From NCBI GenBank assembly GCA_033762915.1, contig JANRLD010000098.1:12095-76094 (forward strand): a stretch of DNA of 64,000 bases, in the 5' to 3' direction. Positions 41,353 to 51,221 of this stretch are shown here, in pieces (position 1 is the stretch's first letter; every line of letters begins with the position of its first letter). Origin of the DNA: Meiothermus sp. GTDB taxonomy: Bacteria; Deinococcota; Deinococci; Deinococcales; Thermaceae. The notes below the pieces were generated by a model. It was not told where the DNA came from. It searched no databases and worked only from the letters and a program-made list of their open reading frames with translations. The position numbers and the translations under genes are program-made.

Positions 41353-42580
41353 CGCACCAAGCCTGAACCCCCTAGGGCACGCGGGATTCCGCAACCTCTG
41401 GCTGGCCCAGACCATATCCGACTTCGGCGACGGCTTGACCAGCCTGGCCCTGCTGATCATGGTGCAGCAGCTCACGGGCTCGACGACAGCCTTGGCCACC
41501 ATGGCGATTGTGCTGGCCATCCCGCAGGTCACACTGGGGCTAGTCGCCGGGGTTTACGTCGATCGCTTTAACCGCAAGACCATCATGCTGGTATCTGATG
41601 CACTGCGGGCCTTGCTGGTGCTGGGCTTCGTGTTCGTTGACGCTCAGCACCTGTGGGTGCTCTACGTGCTGGGCTTCTTGCAGTCGGCGGTGGGCACCTT
41701 TTTCGGCCCGGCCAGGGGCGCGGTAGTTGCCCAGATCCTGCCCAAGGAAGCCCTGCTGAGCGCCAACTCCATCACCCAGACCAGCCGCATCTTGGCGGGA
41801 CTGCTAGGGGCGGGGGCGGCTGGGGTCATCATCGGCGCTTTCAAGGTCTACTGGCCCGCATTCGCCATCGACACGGCAACCTTTTTGCTCTCCTTCGTTC
41901 TGGTGTTGATCACAAGAGTGCCGGGGCTCGCAGCCAGCGCTTCGGCCCAGGTTGGTGGCGTCCTTAAGTCCTTGGTAGAAGGACTGGGAACTATCGGGCG
42001 CTCGAGGGTTTTGCTGGGCACCCTGACCGGCGCCGGCGTGCTGATGCTGGGGCTGGGGGCGGTCAACATCCTCTTTATTCCCTTACTCACCGACGACCTC
42101 AAGGTCCCCACCACCCTATTTGGACTGGTGCAGGCCGCGCAGACCGCCGGGATGATTCTGGCCGGGGGCCTGGTTGCGCTGCTGGCAGCCCGTCTCAGAC
42201 CGGCCTCGATGGTCAGCCTGGGAATGGTGGGGATGGGGCTGGCGGTGGGGCTGATCGCTCTGGTGGGGCAGCTATGGCACGTGCTGGCCCTGCTGTTCGT
42301 GATCGGCCTGATGGTTGCCCCGGTGCAGGCGGGCATCGGGACGCTGGTGCAGACCGCGGTGGAGGACGCGATTAGGGGCCGGGTGGGGGCCGCGCTGAAC
42401 GCGGTGATCGGCGCGGCCAACCTGGTATCGATGGCATTTGCGGGAGCGCTGGCGGGCCTGATCGGGGTGCGCGAGGTGTTCTTGGCGGCGGGGGTGATCG
42501 CAGTGATCGCCGGTGCTGCGGCCTACGTGGTGTTCGGAGGTAGCCGGGTGAACCAGAACCCGGCGGGGGGAAACCTATGA
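41345..42580 (+). CDS. MFS transporter (DHA3/Mef-like efflux)
   Basis: FRNLWLAQTISDFGD, GVYVDRFNRK motif A, ~12 TM. Confidence 0.9.
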   Translation: MSSAPSLNPLGHAGFRNLWLAQTISDFGDGLTSLALLIMVQQLTGSTTALATMAIVLAIPQVTLGLVAGVYVDRFNRKTIMLVSDALRALLVLGFVFVDAQHLWVLYVLGFLQSAVGTFFGPARGAVVAQILPKEALLSANSITQTSRILAGLLGAGAAGVIIGAFKVYWPAFAIDTATFLLSFVLVLITRVPGLAASASAQVGGVLKSLVEGLGTIGRSRVLLGTLTGAGVLMLGLGAVNILFIPLLTDDLKVPTTLFGLVQAAQTAGMILAGGLVALLAARLRPASMVSLGMVGMGLAVGLIALVGQLWHVLALLFVIGLMVAPVQAGIGTLVQTAVEDAIRGRVGAALNAVIGAANLVSMAFAGALAGLIGVREVFLAAGVIAVIAGAAAYVVFGGSRVNQNPAGGNL

Positions 42581-43632
42581 AAACGGCAGCCGAGTTTCAA
42601 ATCCGTTCGGTGGACATAAAAAATGCCAGCCAGTCGGACTACACAGCCTTCAACGAGTTTGCCAACCGGATGCGGGCCGAGCGTCTACCCAACGACCCTC
42701 CCCGCTCCCTCGAGGAGACCATCCAGCAGGCCCAGAACATCCCCCCGGTAGTGGAGCTGCGGGTCTGGGTGGTGGACCATCCCCAGGGTCAGGGCATTGT
42801 CGCCAGCGGTGATGTGCAGCTCTTTCGCCTCGAGCAGAACCGGCATGTCGCGCCGGTCAGCCTCGAGGTGCTGCCCGAGTTTCGCCAGCGGGGACTGGCG
42901 ACCCGTCTGTTGCGCGAAATCCTCGAGGTTGTCGAGCTCGAGAGCCGTACCCTCATGCTTGCCTCGAGCAGCGACCGCGTCCCTGTCGGCGAGGCCTTCA
43001 TGCTTGGGCTAGGCGCAGAGAAGGCCCTCGAGACCCACACCAACCAGCTCGAGCTCGAAGGGCTCGACCGCTCAATGGTCGCCCAGTGGATCGCCAGGTC
43101 GCAAGAACGGGCAGTGGACTTTGAACTGCAGTTCTGGGACGGGCCGTATCCCGAAGACCAACTCGAGGCCATTGCGACCTTAATGGACGTGATGAACACC
43201 GCGCCCAGGGGAAGCATGCAGGTCGAGGACTTCAAGATGACCCCTCAGTTGTTGCGGCAGATCGAGCAGATGACCTTCGCTACCGGCAGCCAGCGCTGGA
43301 CCCTGGCGGCTCGAGAGAAGGCCAGCGGGCGATTCGCGGGCTTTACCGAGATGACCTGGAACCCCAAACGGGGGCAAATCTTGTACCAGGGCGGCACCGG
43401 CGTCTTCCCCGAGTTCCGCAACTTCGGGCTGGGGCGCTGGCTAAAGGCGGCCATGCTGGACAAGGTGACCCGCGAACTCCCCGAGGCCCGCTTTGTCCGC
43501 ACCGGCAATGCCGACTCCAATGCCCCCATGCTCAAAATCAACTACGAGCTGGGCTTCAAGCCGTACATTGCCGAGGCCCAGTGGCAGATCGAGACCGCAA
43601 AGGTAAGGTCGTATCTCCAGGCGAGAGGGTAG
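42577..43632 (+). CDS. Tandem-domain GNAT acetyltransferase
   Basis: VLPEFRQRGLAT and TGVFPEFRNFGLG..LK, TGNADSNAPMLKINYELGF. Confidence 0.85.
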   Translation: MKTAAEFQIRSVDIKNASQSDYTAFNEFANRMRAERLPNDPPRSLEETIQQAQNIPPVVELRVWVVDHPQGQGIVASGDVQLFRLEQNRHVAPVSLEVLPEFRQRGLATRLLREILEVVELESRTLMLASSSDRVPVGEAFMLGLGAEKALETHTNQLELEGLDRSMVAQWIARSQERAVDFELQFWDGPYPEDQLEAIATLMDVMNTAPRGSMQVEDFKMTPQLLRQIEQMTFATGSQRWTLAAREKASGRFAGFTEMTWNPKRGQILYQGGTGVFPEFRNFGLGRWLKAAMLDKVTRELPEARFVRTGNADSNAPMLKINYELGFKPYIAEAQWQIETAKVRSYLQARG

Positions 43633-43822
43633 AACCCTACCAAAGCCCCCACCCGCCAACCAAAATGTCATTGTCTCGTTAGTCGTGAGACCCCAAACCT
43701 CGGATAGTGCTTTGCCGATGCTTCACCTCGAGAGTTCCTTTACGAGTGCGCCCATGGCCACCGAGTTATAGGTTGCGCCAAGGTAGAAGCAGAATCGACA
43801 GATACGGTAGACACGTGCCTGT

Positions 43823-43901
43823 GCGGAGCGGCTTGCGCCATAGCCGCAGAGCGGCTACCCAGGGCGGAGTGGCTTGCGCCATGGCCACGGAGCGGCTACC
43901 C
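43823..43901. repeat. 41-bp tandem duplication containing a hairpin
   Basis: GCGGAGCGGCTTGCGCCATAGCCGCAGAGCGGCTACCC / GCGGAGTGGCTTGCGCCATGGCCACGGAGCGGCTACCC. Confidence 0.75.
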
Positions 43902-44027
43902 GAGGGGCAATTCCCTGCGGGAATAGGCCGGTGAGATTTCGAATTGCAACTATGGGAAACCATAGGTCACAAGCACCGAGGAGCCTTCGTCAGTTTCGAG
44001 CCGAAGGTGAAGACGCAACCACCCCGG

Positions 44028-44396
44028 CTAACGGTCGTCTTGAGGCACCACCACGACTTGACCATTCGGCAGCCAATACCGCAACACGTCCAACTCGACC
44101 TGTCCCCGGTCGTTGGTGTCCACCTCGCCCTCGAGGGTGACGGTCTGTCCTACCGGCAGGCTGAGCGGGGCGCGGCGGCTTGCTCCGACCTCGATCTGCC
44201 CGGTGGCGTCGCGCATCAGGAAGTCGTTGCGGTCGATCTGGCGCACCACCTGCCCGCGCACCACAACCCGCTGGTCGTAGACCGGGTTGGCACGAATCTG
44301 GGCGATGGTGTGGGTGGCCCGTGGTGCAGTGTTCTGCGAGAGCCCGAAGGCGGCCAGGAGTGCGAGTGCCAGAATGGGCGCGATTACTCTTGTCAT
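44028..44396 (-). CDS. Secreted bacterial OB-fold (YgiW/YdeI-like) protein
   Basis: Signal peptide; VVVRGQVVRQIDRNDFLMRDATGQIEV...VTLEGEVD. Confidence 0.75.
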   Translation of the reverse strand: MTRVIAPILALALLAAFGLSQNTAPRATHTIAQIRANPVYDQRVVVRGQVVRQIDRNDFLMRDATGQIEVGASRRAPLSLPVGQTVTLEGEVDTNDRGQVELDVLRYWLPNGQVVVVPQDDR

Positions 44397-44453
44397 TGCG
44401 TAACCTCGAGGGGATGCTACCGCCGGGAAATTACCGGTAAATTAACGTCAGAC

Positions 44454-44702
44454 ATGAGCACCTTCGTGGCCGCCTGGATCATGCTGATTCTGTTCTCGCT
44501 GTTTAACAACTTTGTCGTCTGGCGGATGCTCTCCCTACGTGGACGTACCGACATGATGTGGATCTTCGTTGTGGCTACCGCCGTACCGGTTGGGGCCTTT
44601 GCCCTTTTCCCCAGCACCGGCACCCTCCTGGCCTTTCCGATAGTCCAGACCATCGCCATGTTCTTGCTGCTAAAGCGACTACAAAACTCGCAAAAACGCT
44701 AG
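44454..44702 (+). CDS. Small hypothetical membrane protein (82 aa)
   Basis: Hydrophobic tail of track ORF 43944-44702 from ATG 44454; TAACGT just upstream. Confidence 0.6.
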   Translation: MSTFVAAWIMLILFSLFNNFVVWRMLSLRGRTDMMWIFVVATAVPVGAFALFPSTGTLLAFPIVQTIAMFLLLKRLQNSQKR

Positions 44703-44783
44703 CGGGCTATACCGAGTACACCCACCGGACCCACCGCCATAGTCGGTGCGGCTGGCACTGCACTAGGGCTCGAGCCCAGCGTG

Positions 44784-45263
44784 TCAGCGGGGCTGGGCCA
44801 GCACCACCGCCCAGGCGTTGCCCACTCGAGACAGCCCCGAGCCGAACTCGGTGTAATAGGGGCTCATGATGGCGCGGCAGTGGACCGGAGAGTTGAGCCA
44901 CCAACGCACCGCCCGGGCGGGACTGCTGGTACCGCCTTTGAAGATGATCTCGGACATCCGAAGGTAGCGGTAGCCGGTTCGGGCCACCCGCAGGCGCGGC
45001 CCCACACCTTGGAAGTAATGCGACATGAAGCCCCTGGTGCCCATATTGACCGCGTGGCTTTTGGCGGCCACCGCAAGTGTCGGGTCGTAGCGCAGCGGCG
45101 GGCGCACTACGCCGCCGCCCCCTCCACGGCAGTACACACCCCGTGCGCGGGCGCTGTTGATGAGCGACAGGACTTGCGACTCGAGCTGGGCTGTGGTTTG
45201 AGCCAAAGCCAGGCTAGAAAGCGAGCAAGCCACCGCAATGAGCAAAGACAGAACAGGTTTCAT
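44784..45263 (-). CDS. CAP/SCP domain secreted protein
   Basis: VLSLINSARA, PLRYD..LAVAAKSHAVNM, FMSH, WLNSPVHC. Confidence 0.85.
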   Translation of the reverse strand: MKPVLSLLIAVACSLSSLALAQTTAQLESQVLSLINSARARGVYCRGGGGGVVRPPLRYDPTLAVAAKSHAVNMGTRGFMSHYFQGVGPRLRVARTGYRYLRMSEIIFKGGTSSPARAVRWWLNSPVHCRAIMSPYYTEFGSGLSRVGNAWAVVLAQPR

Positions 45264-45453
45264 AGGTGAGGCTTCAAAATTAGCACCTCATCCAAGATTT
45301 GTCAGCCAGGATGAGAGAATCAACCTTAATGTAACCGCTCGCCCTTCGCCCTCCGGCTCAACGTACATGCCCCGGAGGTCCGCTACGACTTGAAGTCCGC
45401 CGGCCTCTAGCAGGATGCACTGGGCCTGAAGGGCCGGCAGGAGTCCGACGAAC

Positions 45454-45903
45454 TCAAACCAAGGTAAAACTCAGCAGCGCGAAAATCACCCCTAGAGTGG
45501 CTCCGACCGCTACCTCGAGGTAGGTGTGGCCCAGCAGTTCCTTCAGGGGCTCGGGCTGTGGCCCTTGCTGGATGACTGTGCGAAACTCCTCTACCAGGTC
45601 GTTGAGGCGCTCGGCGTGCAGCCCGGCGGCGCGGCGAATGCCGGTGGCGTCATACATCACGATGATCGCCAGCACGATGCAGATCGCGAAGAGAGCACTG
45701 CCCATACCCTCGGTCAGACCCACGCCGGTGGCCAACGCGGCCACGGTGGCCGAGTGGGAGGAGGGCATACCGCCGGTCTCGGCGAGGCGCTCGAGTTCCC
45801 AGCGACGCTCGACGTAGTAGTAGATGAATAGCTTGATGATCTGGGCAAACACGCTCGCCAGGATCGCCGTCCACAGGACTTGGTTGCTCAGCAGTTCACC
45901 CAT
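45454..45903 (-). CDS. Divergent PAP2 family (DUF212) protein
   Basis: TGGMPSSHSA, IVMYDATGIRRAAG, LKELLGHT. Confidence 0.9.
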   Translation of the reverse strand: MGELLSNQVLWTAILASVFAQIIKLFIYYYVERRWELERLAETGGMPSSHSATVAALATGVGLTEGMGSALFAICIVLAIIVMYDATGIRRAAGLHAERLNDLVEEFRTVIQQGPQPEPLKELLGHTYLEVAVGATLGVIFALLSFTLV

Positions 45904-46006
45904 AGATGAGACTCGAGGCTATTCTACAGGCACAAGGGCCACCGGCGAGGAGAGAGGGAGATTGAAAAATCCTGCGCGTGGCTCTGTCCTCGCCGTTCCC
46001 TTGGGC

Positions 46007-46789
46007 TCAACCCGCAATCCGCGTGTGCAAATCCCCCACGCCCTCGATCGCCACCTCGACCCGATCGCCGCGCCGGAGTTCGCCGACGCCTTCGGGAGTT
46101 CCGGTCAACACCACGTCACCGGGCTCTAAGGTCATGAACTGGCTGATATATGAAAGCACCTTGGCGACCGAGAAAATCATCAGGCTGGTGTGGGCCTCCT
46201 GGCGCAGTTCGCCGTTGACGTAGGTCCGGAGGGTGGTGTTCTGGGGCTCGAGGCTCGTAACCAGCCAGGGCCCCAGCGGGCAAAACTTGTCGGCGGACTT
46301 GGCCCGAACCCACTGGAGGTCGGTCTTCTGCTTGTCTCGAGCGGTCACATCGAGGGCGCAGGTGTATCCCATCACGTAGTCCAGCGCCTCTTCCTCGCGA
46401 ACTTGGCGCATCCGCCGCTCGATCACCACCGCCAGTTCGCCCTCGAAGTGGAGCAGTTCGGTGAACTCGGGGTAGGGCACGGCGTCGCCCGAGGTGTCGG
46501 GCCGGGCCGGGTTGGCCGGATGGGCCAGGGTGTTCAGGCCCTTCAGAAAGAGCCCCGGCTCTTTGGGCAGGTTGGTCGCGTCGTTGCCCATCTCCTTGAT
46601 GTGGTCGAGGTAGTTGCGCCCAACGCACACGATCTTGGTGGGCTCGGCAGGGGCCAGGAGGGTGATGCCCCCCAGGTCAAAGTGACGGCCCGTGGGGTTG
46701 CCCGCCGGGCCGTCAGTTTCGTGGATGGCCTCGCCCTCGAGCACCCCCCAATGGATCGCGTCTCCTGAGTCGAATCGGACAAGCTTCAT
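46007..46789 (-). CDS. Fumarylacetoacetate hydrolase-family protein
   Basis: [47 protein letters not shown]. Confidence 0.92.
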   Translation of the reverse strand: MKLVRFDSGDAIHWGVLEGEAIHETDGPAGNPTGRHFDLGGITLLAPAEPTKIVCVGRNYLDHIKEMGNDATNLPKEPGLFLKGLNTLAHPANPARPDTSGDAVPYPEFTELLHFEGELAVVIERRMRQVREEEALDYVMGYTCALDVTARDKQKTDLQWVRAKSADKFCPLGPWLVTSLEPQNTTLRTYVNGELRQEAHTSLMIFSVAKVLSYISQFMTLEPGDVVLTGTPEGVGELRRGDRVEVAIEGVGDLHTRIAG

Positions 46790-46954
46790 AGCCATAGAAG
46801 TATATAGGGTATGGGCCGGGATGGGCAGGTAAATGGCCCGGGAGAGCGCATACTCCCCGGCGACAAGGCCGGCGACCCTCGCGGCCCTACTCCCTCCAGC
46901 CGCGCTTTTTATCGCATTTCGCCACTTCTGACCGCATTTCGCTACAATACCCCC

Positions 46955-47431
46955 ATGGCCAACCCACCCATTCCCGAGTCTTTCCGCCTGGATCACCTCC
47001 GGGTCAAGGCCCCCTATGTTCGCCTGGCGGGGGTCAAAGAGACCCCCAGGGGAGACCGCATCGAGAAGTACGACCTGCGCTTTGTGCAGCCCAACCAGGA
47101 CGCCATCGCGACCGGTGCACTGCACACCCTCGAGCACCTGCTGGCCACCTATATCCGCGGTCACCTCGACGGCGTCGTGGACATCTCCCCGATGGGCTGT
47201 CGCACCGGCTTTTACATGGTCACGCTGGGCGAGCCGGGGCCGCAAAAGGTGTTGGGTGCCTTCGAGGCCACCCTCAAGGACGTGGTGGCCCACGGCGAAG
47301 TAGTCCCCGGTGTCAGCGAACTCGAGTGCGGCAACTTCCGAGACCACGACGAGGCAGGGGCCAAGAACTGGGCCCAAAAGGTTCTGCAGCAAGGGCTGCA
47401 CGTGCAGGAGACCATCGAGATAGGAGGGTGA
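46955..47431 (+). CDS. luxS: S-ribosylhomocysteine lyase
   Basis: [39 protein letters not shown]. Confidence 0.95.
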   Translation: MANPPIPESFRLDHLRVKAPYVRLAGVKETPRGDRIEKYDLRFVQPNQDAIATGALHTLEHLLATYIRGHLDGVVDISPMGCRTGFYMVTLGEPGPQKVLGAFEATLKDVVAHGEVVPGVSELECGNFRDHDEAGAKNWAQKVLQQGLHVQETIEIGG

Positions 47432-47613
47432 GCGCGGGCGATAAGCCCCTAACTTGGCTCAATGCGCCCGGCCAACCGCCGCACATCTCCGGCATTGGCT
47501 TATCCGCATTGCCAGACTGCGGCCGTCGCACGGGTGCCCGAGCAGGCCAACAGCCTGCCGCCGCCCCGTTACGCCGCTTGCCCCGGATGGGGGTTACCTA
47601 TAGGCTTTAGCAA

Positions 47614-48291
47614 ATGGTCGCCCTATTTGCCGCCGAAGGAGCCGAGGCGCAGGCCTTGCGCCGACACCTCGAACTCCTCGAGGTGATGGACGGGCCGTTC
47701 CCCATCCATCGCGGCCAGGTGGGGCGCTACGAGCTGTTGTTGCTCGAGGCGGGCGTGGGCAAGGCCGCTGCCGCCGCCTCGGTGGCCTACGTTAAAGCGC
47801 GATTCAACCCCACCCAGGCCTACTGGGTTGGGGTCGCGGGGGCCTTGAACCCCGAGCTGCGTCCCTTGGACTTGCTGGTGGGGCAGGACGCGGTGCAGTA
47901 CGACGTGGACATCACCGCCTTTGGGCGCCAGCCGGGCGAGCTGGCCACCGGCGAGCGCTTCGTCCCCGCCGACGCCGCGCTCACCTCTAAGGTCATGCGC
48001 AGCGCACAGAATCTCGGGGTTCCGCTCTTCTTGGGCCGGGTGGCCAGTGCCGACCGATTCCTGGCCGACCCACTGGTGGCCGCCCAGGTCCGCGCGGTGT
48101 TCTCAGCAGACGCTGTGGAGATGGAAGGGGCTGCCGCGCTCTGGACGGCGCGTCGAATGGGCATGCCGATGGCCCTGATCCGCGCCATCACCGACAGTGC
48201 AGGCCAGGGGGCCGAACTGTCGTTTGAGGAGTTCCTCGAGACCGCTTCTGTGCGTCTGGCCAGTCTGATAAAGCGGATTTTGGAGACTTAG
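47614..48291 (+). CDS. mtnN: 5'-methylthioadenosine/SAH nucleosidase (Pfs)
   Basis: AGVGKAAAA, GVAGAL, QYDVD, SADRF, VEMEGAA, IRAITD. Confidence 0.88.
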   Translation: MVALFAAEGAEAQALRRHLELLEVMDGPFPIHRGQVGRYELLLLEAGVGKAAAAASVAYVKARFNPTQAYWVGVAGALNPELRPLDLLVGQDAVQYDVDITAFGRQPGELATGERFVPADAALTSKVMRSAQNLGVPLFLGRVASADRFLADPLVAAQVRAVFSADAVEMEGAAALWTARRMGMPMALIRAITDSAGQGAELSFEEFLETASVRLASLIKRILET

Positions 48292-48454
48292 AGCGGTTCC
48301 CACGCATACTCCCTACGGCGCTAAAGCGGGCGTTTTTCGCTGTAGAGCGGTTCCCACGAACACTCGATACGGCGGTTTTTGGTCGTACCGAGTGCACGAC
48401 TCCGCTTTAATACACGCTTTAGCGCACCGTGGGCGGAGTAGTGGTGGGAAACGC
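48289..48454 (+). repeat. Structured intergenic element, copy C (doubled left end)
   Basis: TAGAGCGGTTCCCACG at 48289 (includes mtnN TAG) and at 48343; right end GTGGGAAACGC; internal stems CACTCG/CGAGTG, ACTCCGC/GCGGAGT, CGCTAAAGCG/CGCTTTAGCG. Confidence 0.75.
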
Positions 48455-48738
48455 AATTGGCTGGTAGATCTCGAGTTACTCACATATTCAATTACCAGGT
48501 GCCCGCAGTTGAGTGGAAAAAAGACCAGGATAGACGTCCCAACCCTAAGTTCCCCTCGACGCTGCTGGTTGCCCATTTGGCCACTCTTCCGGCGAATGGT
48601 TGGTGTATTTGATGGGTCGCTTAGGCCAATAAGCCGCACCGGGGCAATGTCGACCCACCAATAAACGAAACGTCGTGTTGACCTACCCCCACATTTTGGG
48701 TATCTCGAGCCTTGGCTATAAACTAGGCTGTCTCTGAT

Positions 48739-50313
48739 ATGAACCGTGTGATTCTCCTGCCTTGCGACACCCGCCCGCCGACCCTGGACCTGCCACACCA
48801 GCTGGCAAAGGTGGCGGGCCTCGAGATGACCTCGCCACCGCTGGACATCCTTAACAAACTCAACAAGCCGGGCAACGTTTCCGCGATCGCGGATTGGTTT
48901 CGGCGCGAGGCCGCCTACGCCGACGCGGCCATCGTGACCCTCGAGACCCTAACCCTGGGCGGAATGATTCCGGCCCGGCGGATCACCGATGGCCTCGACA
49001 AGGCGCTGGGGCGGCTCGAGGTAATTCGCGAGGTCAAGGCCCAGAATCCCGACCTCCGCATCTTGGCCCACGGAGTGATCGTGCGGGTGGGGCACGACAA
49101 CGACCCCCTGGAAGAGAAGCCCTACTTTGGCATCTGGGGCAATCACCTGCGCCGGGTCTCGGAGCTGATGGACAAGGTGGAGCGCGGTCTGGCCACCGAG
49201 AACGAGCTAGACCGTAACTCGGTGATCATTCCTCGCGATGTGCTGACCGACTGGCTTGACACGCGCCGCCGCAACCACGCCATACACGCCGCCGCAGTGG
49301 AGATGCTGGCCGACGGCACCCTCGATCACCTTTGCCTGACGCTCGATGACACCACCCCCTACGGCCTGGCTGCCCTCGACCGCAGGCGGCTCGAGGCCAA
49401 ACTCGACGACCAGGGTCTGTGGACCGAGGCCGACATCTACCCCGGTGCCGACGAAGTGGCCGCGACCCTGCTGGCCAGAGCTTTGGTCAACAGCATCGGG
49501 CGCAAGCCGAAGGTATTTGTGCGGTATCCCTCGAGTGGCGCAGAGCAAGCGCTGATGCTCTACGAGGATCGTCCGTTGGGCGAACTGGTCAAGGCCCACC
49601 TGCGGGCCGCTGGCGCGGTTCCGGCCTACACCCCCGAGGAGGCCGACCTTATCCTTGCGGTTAACGCGCCGGCCGTGCGCCAGGCCCACCGCCAGCCCGA
49701 CCTCGAGCAAGTCGAGAGCTCCGGGCGCAACCTGCCGGAGTTTCTTGACCGGCTGGTGGGCGACGTGGCGGCGGCTCGGCTGGTGGCGGTGGCCGACGTG
49801 GCCTACGCCAATGGTGCCGACCACCGCTTCATCAAGCTGCTTTTGGCGGGCCTCAACCCCACCACCTTTGCGGGCTACGCGGCCTGGAACACGGCAGGCA
49901 ACACCATCGGCAGCGCCATCGCCTCGGGCATCTGTGCCCTCTACAACCGCGACCCCGTCGCGCTGGCCGAGGCCAATTACGCCCGCCTGCTCGATGACTG
50001 GCTCTACCAGAGCGTGGTGCGGTCCCAGGTGCAAAGCAAACTGAGCGCCGACCTCGGGCAGCCGGTAAGCCCCTACGATATCGGCGACCTCCAGTGGGGG
50101 GCCGAGCTCGAGATTAACCGCCGTATCGAGCCGCTGGCCCGCGACCTTTTCGAGCGCCACTTCGCCCCCAATCTTCCGGGAGTCGAACTCGAGTGGAACC
50201 GGCCCCGTCTGGCCTGGCCCCGCCTGTTCACCGGAGTCTTCCCGTGCCGCTTTATCTCACCAGCGCTCATCACCATGCCCTTCGGGGAGGAGTCAGCGAT
50301 AGGGGACGAATAA
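48739..50313 (+). CDS. DUF4127-family protein
   Basis: ILLPCDTRP, LGGMIPAR, LTLDD, YPGADE, VADVAYANG, YAAWNTAGNTIG, LDDWLYQ, WPRLF. Confidence 0.8.
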   Translation: MNRVILLPCDTRPPTLDLPHQLAKVAGLEMTSPPLDILNKLNKPGNVSAIADWFRREAAYADAAIVTLETLTLGGMIPARRITDGLDKALGRLEVIREVKAQNPDLRILAHGVIVRVGHDNDPLEEKPYFGIWGNHLRRVSELMDKVERGLATENELDRNSVIIPRDVLTDWLDTRRRNHAIHAAAVEMLADGTLDHLCLTLDDTTPYGLAALDRRRLEAKLDDQGLWTEADIYPGADEVAATLLARALVNSIGRKPKVFVRYPSSGAEQALMLYEDRPLGELVKAHLRAAGAVPAYTPEEADLILAVNAPAVRQAHRQPDLEQVESSGRNLPEFLDRLVGDVAAARLVAVADVAYANGADHRFIKLLLAGLNPTTFAGYAAWNTAGNTIGSAIASGICALYNRDPVALAEANYARLLDDWLYQSVVRSQVQSKLSADLGQPVSPYDIGDLQWGAELEINRRIEPLARDLFERHFAPNLPGVELEWNRPRLAWPRLFTGVFPCRFISPALITMPFGEESAIGDE

Positions 50314-50389
50314 CCAAAAGCGGGCGGTTGACGTTAGGCCCGGAGCCAACTGCGTACTGATGAGACCCAACAAGGAGACCCGGCAAACC

Positions 50390-51211
50390 ATGATCGTAGC
50401 GCTAGACATCGGAGGAACCAAGCTGGCGGCGGCTTTGGTGCAGGGTAGAGAGGTGTTGGAGCACCGCCAGACTCCGGCCGGCAGCGACAGGAGACCCGAG
50501 GCGATCGTGGACGCGCTTTGGGGTCTGGCGGAGCCTTGGGTGGCTCGAGCCAAGGCAGTGGCGGTGGCCTGTGCCGGAACAGTCCGCTCAGGCCGGGTGA
50601 CCGCGCCAAACCAAGACACCTACCCCTGGATAGAGGCCGACATTCAGGGGATGTTTCGACAGAAGTTCGGCCAGAGTTGGGTGCTCAACGATGCCGACGC
50701 CGCGGCCTGGGGTGAGGCGCGTTTTGGGGCCGGGCGGGGGATGTCCAACTTCATGTTCGTGACCATATCGACGGGCGTGGGGAGCGGGCTGATCTTGAAT
50801 GGCGGGCTGATTGAAGGATCGGAGATTGGCTTCACCAAGACCGACGGAGTGTTTTTAGAACTGCTGTCCTCGGGCAAGATGCTCGACGCCTGGGCCGTTG
50901 CTCGGGGTTGGGGCGGTGCGGCTGAGGTGGTGGCGAAGTCGCAAACCGATCCCGAAGCCGCCGCTGCCCTCGACCAGAGTGCCCGCCGCGTGGCCGAGAA
51001 GCTCTACGACGCCCACGCCCTGCTCAACCTCGAGTGTGTGGCCGTCGGGGGTGGACTGGGCCTTGCGGAGGGGTACATCGCCCGCGTTCAGGGCTTCCTG
51101 GGTGACCACCTCAGGGTTGAACCTGCCCAACTCGGCGCTGAAGCTCCGCTGGTGGGCGTGGCGGACTGGGTGGAGACCAGGCTCGAGCTCGAGTTGAACG
51201 GGTCGATTTAG
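50390..51211 (+). CDS. ROK-family sugar kinase
   Basis: ALDIGGTK, LNDADAAAWGE, VTISTGVGSG; no N-terminal HTH. Confidence 0.88.
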   Translation: MIVALDIGGTKLAAALVQGREVLEHRQTPAGSDRRPEAIVDALWGLAEPWVARAKAVAVACAGTVRSGRVTAPNQDTYPWIEADIQGMFRQKFGQSWVLNDADAAAWGEARFGAGRGMSNFMFVTISTGVGSGLILNGGLIEGSEIGFTKTDGVFLELLSSGKMLDAWAVARGWGGAAEVVAKSQTDPEAAAALDQSARRVAEKLYDAHALLNLECVAVGGGLGLAEGYIARVQGFLGDHLRVEPAQLGAEAPLVGVADWVETRLELELNGSI

Positions 51212-51221
51212 GGATAGAGCC

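Noticed and set aside
46796..47401. Long N-terminal extension of the FAH ORF
   Set aside because: Antisense shadow of luxS; the FAH domain starts at MKLVRF
48289..48358. Two 16-nt direct repeats 54 nt apart as a mini-CRISPR
   Set aside because: Only two short repeats, the 'spacer' pairs with downstream sequence, and there are no cas genes
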